Origin: Ureibacillus terrenus
GTDB taxonomy: Bacteria > Bacillota > Bacilli > Bacillales_A > Planococcaceae
Length of the DNA: 32,000 nucleotides
Reading direction: 5' to 3'
Assembly: GCF_006569205.1 (NCBI RefSeq)
Contig: NZ_VIGD01000001.1
Coordinates: forward strand, 17,065-49,064
Part shown: positions 16,619 to 23,941 of the stretch, one piece after another
Numbering within the stretch: position 1 is the stretch's first letter
Layout of the letters: every line of letters begins with the position of its first letter
Notes under the pieces: generated by a model
Database searches by the model: none
What the model was told of the DNA's origin: nothing
What the model saw: only the letters and a program-made list of their open reading frames with translations
Translations under genes and position numbers: made by a program

Positions 16619-16759
16619 CTAATTCCCCTTTTTTAATTCTTCCAAGATGGCTTCCAATATTTTATTATTCCGTCTTAAAGACGAAACGATATTGACCATG
16701 AACCAGATAATAAAGGATGCCGGTATCACATAAAAAAGCACCGATGCAATAATTTCCAA
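16619..16759 (-). CDS. Hypothetical small membrane protein (46 aa from the TTG start)
   Basis: GGAGGAATAG lies 3 nt before the TTG. The product LEIIASVLFYVIPASFIIWFMVNIV has one TM helix and a charged tail. It has no recognisable family. Confidence 0.35.
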   Translation of the reverse strand: MEIIASVLFYVIPASFIIWFMVNIVSSLRRNNKILEAILEELKKGN

Positions 16760-17017
16760 AACTATTCCTCCATTCCTTTCGGTTAAGATGAATAAAACAT
16801 TCATTTAGAAATCAAATTGATTCTCCCTATAAAAAATATTTTTACGCAACTTACATTGGCGTTCCAGATCAGCCCGTCAATCTGCATGTCCATTTTCATT
16901 TCTTTCTATTTTATTTGTTTATATGCAAAAGAATAATCTCTTAAACCAAATTACAATAAAGTTATTAAAATTCTTAAAAATGCGGATTCATGTTCAATAA
17001 AAGATAGACCCCATTTA

Positions 17018-17617
17018 TCACTCAAAATAACTTTCATATAAATGGATCAAATGCGCATATGCGCCACCCGCCTTTAATGCAGCCGCGACGAAAATGGCTT
17101 CTTCAATCCTTTCCCCCGATACCCCCAAATCCTTTGAGCGTTTGGTATGAAAATTTATTAATTGGGGACATTGAATCACGTAAGATACAGTCAATGCAAG
17201 CAGCGTTTTGAACTCTTCGGTCAAACTTCCTTCTTCCATGACAGCCCGGACAAAATCGGCATAAGCCTCAAATGGTTTAGAATGATGTTCTTGATGTGAA
17301 CTTTTTTCCCGATTAAAATAGCTGCTATATTGCGCCGCTGCACCCGCTTCCATCGCAGATACAACAAATACAGCTTCCGCCAGCTCTTTCATGCTTGCGC
17401 CCGAAAATTTCGCTTTTTTTGTGTGAACATCAATGCAATAGGGGCATTTTATTACATGGGCAATGGCAACGGCAATCAGCTCCTTTTCTTTTTTTGTGAG
17501 CGCCCCGGGCCTAAAAATCTCCCTTTCAAATTTCAAAAATGCCTTGAATGATTCCGGCGAGACTTCTTTCACTTTTTTCATAAGATGATCTTTATGCTTT
17601 TCATAATAGCTCGGCAT
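17018..17617 (-). CDS. Carboxymuconolactone decarboxylase / AhpD-like family protein, two tandem CMD domains
   Basis: Two repeats of the E.I.VA...I.C.yC...H motif are present: the first reads VIKCPYCIDVHTK and the second VIQCPQLINFHTK. The RBS GGAGGAGGAAAAAT precedes MPSYYEK; the track ORF extends to 17803 without support. Confidence 0.8.
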   Translation of the reverse strand: MPSYYEKHKDHLMKKVKEVSPESFKAFLKFEREIFRPGALTKKEKELIAVAIAHVIKCPYCIDVHTKKAKFSGASMKELAEAVFVVSAMEAGAAAQYSSYFNREKSSHQEHHSKPFEAYADFVRAVMEEGSLTEEFKTLLALTVSYVIQCPQLINFHTKRSKDLGVSGERIEEAIFVAAALKAGGAYAHLIHLYESYFE

Positions 17618-17816
17618 ATTTTTCCTCCTCCGCATTTGTTCTGGCGAAAAAACTGCGGTAACTATTAAAAATTCGAATTCGCATAAATTTTTAACAATTT
17701 GACAGCTATTCTCTGTATTTCGGAAAATTTCACTAATTCTTGCAAAAATATTGTTCGATTTTGTAAAAAAGAGTATATAATCAAAATATATTGAAATATT
17801 CAAGGAGTGTTAAACA

Positions 17817-18911
17817 GTGAGTACAAACAAACGAGCATACAATTTCAACGCAGGACCATCCGCGTTACCATTAGAAGTGCTGGAAAGAGCCCAAAAAGAA
17901 TTGGTCAACTATAACGGCACTGGCATGTCCATCATGGAAATGAGCCATCGCAGCAAAGAATACGATGAAGTTCATAATAATGCCATCAACCGATTGAAAA
18001 AAATCTTATCTGTTCCTGATAACTATGATGTGCTCTTTTTGCAAGGCGGCGCAAGCCTTCAATTTACGATGGTGCCGATGAATTTCCTAACAAAAGATCA
18101 AACGGCAAGCTATGTTTTGACTGGTTCCTGGTCTGAAAAAGCATATAAAGAAGCAAAACTTTTCGGTAATGCCGTAGTCGCTGCAAGCACAAAAGAAAAC
18201 GGCTACCGTAATATTCCTAAACTTGACGAAATTCAATTCAATGAAAACGACGCTTATGTTCATATCACTTCCAACAACACAATCTACGGTACTCAATGGA
18301 AACAATTCCCTAATACAGGGAACGTGCCTTTAGTTGCGGATATGTCCAGTGACATCATGTCCCGTCCATTTGATGTAAGCCAATTTGGAATTATTTACGC
18401 AGGCGCGCAAAAGAACTTGGGACCATCCGGGGTGACGATTGTCATCATCCGCAAAGACTTGATCGAAAAAGCCAATACAGAGCTTCCAACAATGTTAAAA
18501 TATAAAACTCATGCCGATAAAAACTCCTTATATAATACTCCTCCGACATTCGGCATCTATATGCTGGGAGAAGTGTTGCGCTGGGTTGAAGAACAAGGAG
18601 GCCTTGAAGCAATCCAAAAACGCAACGAAGAAAAAGCGAAATATATCTATGATGTAATTGATGAAAGCAACGGATTCTACAGAGGACATGCAGAACCTGG
18701 CAGCCGTTCTTTAATGAATATCACATTCCGTTTGGCGGATGAAGAATTGGAAAAACAATTCTTGGCCGAAGCCAAAGCGGCCGGTTTCGTAGGACTAAAC
18801 GGCCACCGTTCTGTCGGAGGATGCCGTGCTTCAACTTACAACGCAGTGCCTGTTGAAGCTTGCATCGCGTTGAGAGATTTCATGTATGAATTCCAAAAGA
18901 AACATCAATAA
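17817..18911 (+). CDS. serC: 3-phosphoserine aminotransferase
   Basis: It has the full-length SerC signature: YNFNAGPSALP, MEMSHRS.E, and the PLP-lysine region YAGAQKNLGPSG. The start is GTG behind AAGGAGTG. Confidence 0.95.
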   Translation: MSTNKRAYNFNAGPSALPLEVLERAQKELVNYNGTGMSIMEMSHRSKEYDEVHNNAINRLKKILSVPDNYDVLFLQGGASLQFTMVPMNFLTKDQTASYVLTGSWSEKAYKEAKLFGNAVVAASTKENGYRNIPKLDEIQFNENDAYVHITSNNTIYGTQWKQFPNTGNVPLVADMSSDIMSRPFDVSQFGIIYAGAQKNLGPSGVTIVIIRKDLIEKANTELPTMLKYKTHADKNSLYNTPPTFGIYMLGEVLRWVEEQGGLEAIQKRNEEKAKYIYDVIDESNGFYRGHAEPGSRSLMNITFRLADEELEKQFLAEAKAAGFVGLNGHRSVGGCRASTYNAVPVEACIALRDFMYEFQKKHQ

Positions 18912-18929
18912 CAGAAAAAAGATGACCAA

Positions 18930-18966
18930 GAGCGAATGGAACTTAATGTCCCATTCGCTCTTTTAT
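18930..18966 (+). terminator. Intrinsic terminator after serC
   Basis: The structure is GAGCGAATGG-11 nt-CCATTCGCTC followed by TTTTAT. Confidence 0.8.
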
Positions 18967-19027
18967 GATTGATTTGAGAACCGGCAAAAACCAAATATCG
19001 GTTCAATTTCCAGTTTTTTGAATCACC
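18966..19027. repeat. Intergenic repeat copy D, immediately downstream of the rtp stop
   Basis: tgattgatttGAGAACCGgcaaaaaCCAAATATCGGTTcaatttCCAGtTTTTTGAATcac is colinear with 19486-19548. It contains the inverted repeat TTGAGAACCG...CGGTTCAA. Confidence 0.45.
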
Positions 19028-19032
19028 CTCTT

Positions 19033-19401
19033 CTACCCTCTCTTTTGGGAATAATTGTCTTTCAACGCTCTTTTCAGGAGGGCAATCGAACGGTCAAGAT
19101 CCGCTTTTATTGTATCTTTATACGCTTTCACTTTTTCCTTGTCCCCGATTCGGTATATATACAGCGTCTGCATTTCCGTTCCCTCTTTGATGATTGGTTC
19201 TCTTGTCAAATAGCCGTCTTTCAGTAATTCATGCAGGGATTTATAGACTTCGGATTTCGTCGGACGATAACCGAGATCTTTGAAGTAATCCTGCAAGTTT
19301 TCCAAGATTTGAAGACCGTATAGTCTCCCTTTCTCGGCCTCGTGAATCATATAAAGTTTCAAAAATGCCCTTTGCTTAATGACAAATGTGCTTCTGCCCA
19401 T
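19033..19401 (-). CDS. rtp: Replication terminator protein (RTP family, winged-helix)
   Basis: The 122-aa ORF matches my recollection of B. subtilis RTP across the whole length. Shared blocks: F.IKQRAFLKLYMI, RLYGL, EVYKSLHELLKDG, KEG and DLDR...LLKRALKDN. The length is identical. Confidence 0.8.
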   Translation of the reverse strand: MGRSTFVIKQRAFLKLYMIHEAEKGRLYGLQILENLQDYFKDLGYRPTKSEVYKSLHELLKDGYLTREPIIKEGTEMQTLYIYRIGDKEKVKAYKDTIKADLDRSIALLKRALKDNYSQKRG

Positions 19402-19485
19402 ATTTCATCACCTTATTGGTTTAGCTTCGTGTGTGTAACTATATTTTACTAGAAAATGTGGCGCGAGGAAGTTTTAAAATATAAA

Positions 19486-19548
19486 TGGATTATTTAGAAC
19501 CGTGTTTAATTGGAAACCAGATATCCGTTGCCAGGCTTTTTGAATACG
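19486..19548. repeat. Intergenic repeat copy U, 85-150 bp upstream of the rtp start
   Basis: tggattatttAGAACCGtgtttaattggaaaCCAGATATCCGTTgCCAGgcTTTTTGAATacg shares three blocks with copy D, in the same order and orientation: 11 of 12, 11 of 13 and 9 of 9 positions. Confidence 0.45.
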
Positions 19549-19564
19549 TCAAAATTTTTCTCAT

Positions 19565-19601
19565 AAAAAAGGCTGTCGAGATTCGTTCTTCTCAACAGCC
19601 C
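19565..19601 (-). terminator. Intrinsic terminator after proS
   Basis: The minus strand reads GGCTGTTGAG-aagaacgaat-CTCGACAGCC followed by TTTTTTAT. Confidence 0.8.
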
Positions 19602-19613
19602 TGTTTTCACCGG

Positions 19614-21050
19614 TTAATATGCTCTTGCAAACCACACGGTATATTTCGCTTCTTTTCCGCAAGTAATGCAAGTGTGTTTTTTCATTGGCGGATTGAATGG
19701 AATATTACGGGATGTGAATTTCGTTTCTTCTTTCACTTTCGCTTCGCAAGCATCGTCGCCACACCAGCCGCCAAGAACCCATCCTGCGATTTTGCCTTCC
19801 TTCTCGCAAGTTGCAATATGTTCTTTTAATTGATCCAGTGTATCAATATGAGTATGGGAGTTCGCATCGCGGAATGCTTTCGCTTTTTCATAGAGACGTT
19901 TTTGCATTGTTTCCAATTCATTTACCACCGCTTCCACGACGGATTCAATGGAAACAGTGATTTTTTCATCTTCATCGCGGGCTTTCAAGATGACTTGATT
20001 GTTTTCCAAATCACGAGGTCCAAGTTCAATTCGGACCGGCACTCCTTTTAACTCCCATTCATTAAATTTAAATCCCGGAGATTGGTCTGAATCGTCAAGA
20101 CGTACACGGATCCCCTTTTCTTTTAAAGCTTTTCGGATTTCTTCCAATTTTTCAATGATGGCAGGTGTTTTCTTCCATGGACCGACAGGAATCAAGATTA
20201 CCTGAGTTGGTGCAATTTTTGGAGGAAGAACCAATCCTTTTTCATCCCCATGCACCATAATCACCGAACCGATCAAACGGGTTGAAGTACCCCATGAAGT
20301 CGTATGAACATAAACATGTTTATTTTCCCTGTTCAAATATTTAATGTTGAACGCTTCGGCAAATTTTGTTCCCAAATAGTGGCTTGTACCGGCTTGCACC
20401 GCTTTTCCATCTTTCATCATCGCTTCGATGGAATACGTATCGACTGCCCCCGCAAAGCGCTCTGAAGGAGTTTTTTGTCCGTCATATACAGGTATGGCCA
20501 ATACATTTTCCACTACATCTTTGTAAATATTGAGCATCTGCATTGTTTCTTTGCGCGCATCTTCTTCGTTTTCATGCGCCGTATGCCCTTCTTGCCAAAG
20601 GAATTCGGAAGTCCGGATGAATGGCAATGTTTTCTTTTCCCAGCGGAATACGTTTGCCCATTGGTTGATAAGCACCGGCAAGTCGCGGTAGGATTTAATC
20701 CAATGGGAATACAAATATCCGATCATTGTTTCGGAAGTCGGTCTGAGCGCCAAGCGTTCTTCCAGTTTCTCACCCGCAGCTTCCGTCACCCATGGAAGTT
20801 CAGGCGAAAATCCTTCCACATGTTCTTTTTCTTTTTGGAAGAAAGATTCAGGAATCAACATTGGAAAATAGGCATTTCGATGCCCCGTTTCTTTAAAGCG
20901 CCGATCCATTTCCTCCTGAATATGTTCCCATATCTCATATCCGTCCGGTTTAAACGCAATGCATCCGCGCACCGGCGTATAGTCCATCAAATCCGCTTTT
21001 TGAATGGTTTCGATATACCATTTTGTAAAATCGTTCGTCTGTTGTGACAT
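19614..21050 (-). CDS. proS: Prolyl-tRNA synthetase, archaeal/eukaryote-like type (no INS editing domain, C-terminal Zn-ribbon domain)
   Basis: Counted from MSQQTNDF (RBS GAGGAGG) it is 478 aa. The class II motifs are present: RPTSET, FRWE..T.PFIRT.EFLWQEGHT and GTSHYLG. The C-terminus reads CGDDACEAKVKEE...CITCGKEAKYTVWFARAY. This is too short to hold the bacterial-type insertion domain. Confidence 0.92.
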   Translation of the reverse strand: MSQQTNDFTKWYIETIQKADLMDYTPVRGCIAFKPDGYEIWEHIQEEMDRRFKETGHRNAYFPMLIPESFFQKEKEHVEGFSPELPWVTEAAGEKLEERLALRPTSETMIGYLYSHWIKSYRDLPVLINQWANVFRWEKKTLPFIRTSEFLWQEGHTAHENEEDARKETMQMLNIYKDVVENVLAIPVYDGQKTPSERFAGAVDTYSIEAMMKDGKAVQAGTSHYLGTKFAEAFNIKYLNRENKHVYVHTTSWGTSTRLIGSVIMVHGDEKGLVLPPKIAPTQVILIPVGPWKKTPAIIEKLEEIRKALKEKGIRVRLDDSDQSPGFKFNEWELKGVPVRIELGPRDLENNQVILKARDEDEKITVSIESVVEAVVNELETMQKRLYEKAKAFRDANSHTHIDTLDQLKEHIATCEKEGKIAGWVLGGWCGDDACEAKVKEETKFTSRNIPFNPPMKKHTCITCGKEAKYTVWFARAY

Positions 21051-21235
21051 CGTCATCCTCCTCGCAACAAAATAGCGTAAAGATGTCCCCTTTTGGACGC
21101 CTTTACGCTGAATAGTCCTGTTACCGCCAATGCATGGCATATATCGAGCCGTATCCGCTCTTTTTCCAGGCTTCGGGTGGCGATATAGCTCTCAGCGAAT
21201 GCTAAATTTTCAGTAAACGAATTTTAGTTTTTTCT
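21051..21235 (-). promoter_or_regulatory. proS 5' leader with an intrinsic terminator (attenuator; class unresolved, only weakly T-box-like)
   Basis: The minus strand has AGCGTAAAG-18 nt-CTTTACGCT followed by ATTTTGTTG (plus 21066-21110), ending 15 nt before the RBS. Upstream, the sequence TTGGCGGTAACAGG loosely resembles the T-box core GGGTGGTACC. I found no stem I distal-loop or F-box motifs. Confidence 0.45.
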
Positions 21236-21555
21236 AATATAATGTACCAAATTCAAGCAATAAATACAATTCCTATCTAAAATTTTGCAGTTAATTGTTG
21301 CGCCGGGAAGCCGATATATTCCAAAAATAAGATTTTTCAAAGAGAAAAGGAAGCCCAGATTCCCGCCGTACGTTGATTTTTTATCTCATCTTCTTAAAAA
21401 TTACAATATTTATAACAAAATCATGACTATCATCCTATAAGCAGCGGGTTTATTGATCTTGTGAAATCTGATTAATAAAGAACTAGTCAGATAGACAACC
21501 TATTCTTTTTTTACTATTATTAAAAATGTTGCAAAAATTAAAAGGAGGAAAAATA

Positions 21556-22592
21556 ATGAAACTTTCCATACGATGGAAAATAATTGGCGCAGTGCTCCTT
21601 ATTATTGTCATCGGCCTGGGAACCCTGGCGACCTCCAGTTCCATCTTCATTTCATCCAAAACAGAAGAAGCGGTCATTGACCAGAGTGAGGTCCTTGTCG
21701 ATGAAATGGCCAACTCCATCTCCACCTTTATTGATGGATATGAACAAAGCATGCGGAGGTTACGAAAGCGGTAAGGGATATTGCGGCTGGAGCTGCCCTG
21801 TCCAGTGAAAATGCGGACCAAGTTACCATGTCATCTGCGGAATTGGGAGAAAAAATCAATCAAATGGCCGGGCAATCAACGGCGCTTAAACAAATAACGG
21901 AGGAAGCAAACGATTTGAATGATGAAGGCCATCAAAGAATGAATCATTTGTTGGACTCCTTCGGCAATTCCAAAGAAGAATTGGAGAACATGTCCTTGTC
22001 CGTATCGGCATTGGAAGAGAAAATTCAAGCCATTGATTCGGTGATGGATTCCATTTCTAAAATCTCGAAGCAAACCAATCTGATTGCGCTAAATGCAAGC
22101 ATTGAAGCCGCCCGGGCGGGAGAGCACGGCAAAGGCTTTGCCGTTGTCACCGAAGAAGTCCGGAAACTCGCGGAACAGTCGGCAAAGGCGACAGAACACG
22201 TCAAATCGACCATCCATCAATTGCAGCAGGAAGCATTGAAGGTCGTAAAACAAATGAACGAAATGCAACAAACCTTCAAACAACAAGAAATCGTTGTGGA
22301 AGATACGGGAAATCTGTTCCGGAACTTATCATTGTTAATCCAAAACCTGGAAAACACATTCAAAACCGTATCGGAAGATATTGAAAGCATCGATGCCTAT
22401 AAAGATCGGGTGATGGAAACCATCGAAGAGATGTCCATGACAGCCCAAACGACTGCGGCAGCCTGTGAAGAAGTGAGCGCCGCAAGCGACGAACAATTAA
22501 CAGCCATCCAATCCGTCGCTGAAGCTTCGGAAGAATTAAACGAATTAAGCAAAGAATTGTCGCAGACGATCAGCAAATTCAAGCTGCAATAA
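21556..22592 (+). pseudogene. Methyl-accepting chemotaxis protein remnant (frameshifted, internally deleted)
   Basis: RBS AAAGGAGG plus MKLSIRWKIIGAVLLIIVIGLG (TM1 and the start of a sensor domain) ends at a stop at 21772-21774. The reading frame continues in the -1 frame from about 21753. It runs into a complete MCP signalling domain ([37 protein letters not shown]). The total of about 345 codons has no second TM helix and no HAMP domain. Confidence 0.7.
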
Positions 22593-22626
22593 AAAAAGGG
22601 CTAACCTAAAATGGTTAGCCTTTTTT
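22591..22626. terminator. Bidirectional intrinsic terminator
   Basis: The structure is AAAAAAAGGGCTAACC-taaaat-GGTTAGCCTTTTTT, between convergent genes. Confidence 0.8.
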
Positions 22627-23785
22627 ACACTTCTTCAGCTTCCAGCCGTTTTCCGAAGATGAATTTTAACAGAGGCGGCGTCACCAATGTCGTCACGACA
22701 ATTACGACAATCATGGCCCCATAAATCTTTTCGGACAAAATGCCGCCCGATAGGCCGATGGAAGCCAAAATCAATGCCACTTCCCCCCGGGAAATCATCC
22801 CTGCCCCAATGCCGGCGGAGGATTTCCAGCTGAAACCGCAAACTTTCGCTCCAAGACCGCAGCCGATGAATTTGGAAAGAACCGCAATCACCGAGAAGAC
22901 GAGGATGAATATAATCTGATCCCCTATGCCGTCAAAGCTCATCGGCAAACCGATATTGATGAAAAAGAACGGAACAAAGATACCGTAGGCAATCGGGGAA
23001 ATTCCGTGTTCGATTTGTTGGGCGTATTTCGTTTTGCTGAGGGCAACCCCCATGAAGTAAGTACCAATGATTCCGGATACCCCGAGAAAATCGGCGAAAT
23101 ACGCGGCGGCAAATAATAAAATCAATGCGCCGGCAATGATCGGCTCGGTCACCAACATCCCGCCAAACAGTTTCATGAATTTTGGCACAATATATTTTCC
23201 GACAATGTAAATGACGATGAAGAAAATGATTTGTTGGGCAATGACCCACGCGATGTTTGTGTCGGTTCCCATAAAGAAACCGATAGCCACAGCAATAAGA
23301 ATGACGACAACGACGTCATCCAGCACCGCCGCCCCAAGCAATGTCGCCCCTTCCTTGCTGTTCAGCCAACCGATTTCGCGCAACGTCTGCACGGAAATGC
23401 TTACACTCGTCGCCGCAAGCAACAATCCCAAAAAGACGCCTTCGGACGTTGGAAGACCAAATAGTGGAGCAGCCCCCCACCCCATCAGAATGGGCACTAT
23501 AACACCTAAAACGGCTACAAGGGTTGCCGCTTTTACATTTTTGTTCAAACTTTCCAAATCCGTTTCCATTCCGGCAAGGAACATCAACAACAATACCCCG
23601 ATTTCACTGAAGACATGGATGATTTCGGTTTGTTCGATCCATCCGAGCACAGCGGGGCCAAGGACAATACCCGCAATGATTTTTCCCAATACGGACGGCT
23701 GTCCCAAACGAAGACTGATTTGCCCCGCGATTTTGGCAACGAACAGCACGAGTACAATTTGTAAAATAAAATCAAAAACATCCAT
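22625..23785 (-). CDS. Cation:proton antiporter, CPA2 family (GerN/NapA-like, no KTN domain)
   Basis: The 386-aa ORF has about 12 TM segments. The N-terminal signature is LFVAKIAGQISLRLGQPSVLGKIIAGIVLGP plus EIGVLLLMFLAGMETD. Confidence 0.9.
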   Translation of the reverse strand: MDVFDFILQIVLVLFVAKIAGQISLRLGQPSVLGKIIAGIVLGPAVLGWIEQTEIIHVFSEIGVLLLMFLAGMETDLESLNKNVKAATLVAVLGVIVPILMGWGAAPLFGLPTSEGVFLGLLLAATSVSISVQTLREIGWLNSKEGATLLGAAVLDDVVVVILIAVAIGFFMGTDTNIAWVIAQQIIFFIVIYIVGKYIVPKFMKLFGGMLVTEPIIAGALILLFAAAYFADFLGVSGIIGTYFMGVALSKTKYAQQIEHGISPIAYGIFVPFFFINIGLPMSFDGIGDQIIFILVFSVIAVLSKFIGCGLGAKVCGFSWKSSAGIGAGMISRGEVALILASIGLSGGILSEKIYGAMIVVIVVTTLVTPPLLKFIFGKRLEAEEV

Positions 23786-23824
23786 TTTTGTAACCCCCTA
23801 TTCTTTATTTTTCTGAATGGAGTC

Positions 23825-23873
23825 CAAAAAAAGACATGGTGGAGCCCTTTTGACAGACTCCACCATGTCTTTT
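23825..23873 (-). terminator. Strong intrinsic terminator downstream of thiE and upstream of the antiporter gene
   Basis: The minus strand reads AAGACATGGTGGAG-13 nt-CTCCACCATGTCTT followed by TTTTTTT. Confidence 0.8.
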
Positions 23874-23895
23874 CCCGTATTTATCTACGCAAGTT

Positions 23896-23924
23896 ATTAT
23901 AATTGAAATATTTTTATTTGTAAA
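23896..23924 (-). promoter_or_regulatory. SigA-type promoter candidate between the thiE stop and the terminator hairpin
   Basis: The minus strand reads TTTACA, a 17-nt spacer (aataaaaatatttcaat), then TATAAT. Confidence 0.45.
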
Positions 23925-23941
23925 TCTTTTTTTCGATAGGG

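Noticed and set aside
16805-17017. A 32-codon minus-strand ORF (MKMDMQIDGLIWNANVSCVKIFFIGRINLISK) and the AATCA-AAT-TGATT palindrome in this AT-rich spacer
   Set aside because: The ORF has only a weak RBS-like AGAAAGAA and no supporting features. The 5-bp palindrome is too short to assign to Fur, PerR or any other regulator.
19485-19829. 114-aa plus-strand ORF spanning the rtp-proS intergenic region and the proS 3' end
   Set aside because: It crosses the proS terminator and overlaps the proS coding sequence antisense. It has no RBS.
20303-20323. TATGAACATAAACATGTTTAT inside proS, resembling what I recall of the symmetric RTP B-site oligonucleotide (half-site TATGAACAT)
   Set aside because: Only one half-site matches and the spacing of the second half differs. 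It is in a conserved coding segment, and my recollection of the reference oligonucleotide is not certain.
21051-21140. N-terminal extension of proS to the ATG at 21140 (508-aa version)
   Set aside because: The extension reads through the leader terminator hairpin. The strong RBS GAGGAGG sits just before the ATG at 21050, which gives the canonical ProRS N-terminus.
21828-22592. Treating the 254-aa ORF as an intact soluble MCP-signalling-domain protein
   Set aside because: There is no RBS before the ATG at 21828. The frame stays open upstream to 21744 and joins the TM1-containing ORF after a 1-nt shift. A pseudogene is the simpler reading.
23211-23816. 201-aa plus-strand ORF antisense to the CPA2 antiporter
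   Set aside because: It is the mirror frame of a hydrophobic membrane protein gene. The Thr/Ser/Pro/Ala-rich product has no RBS.
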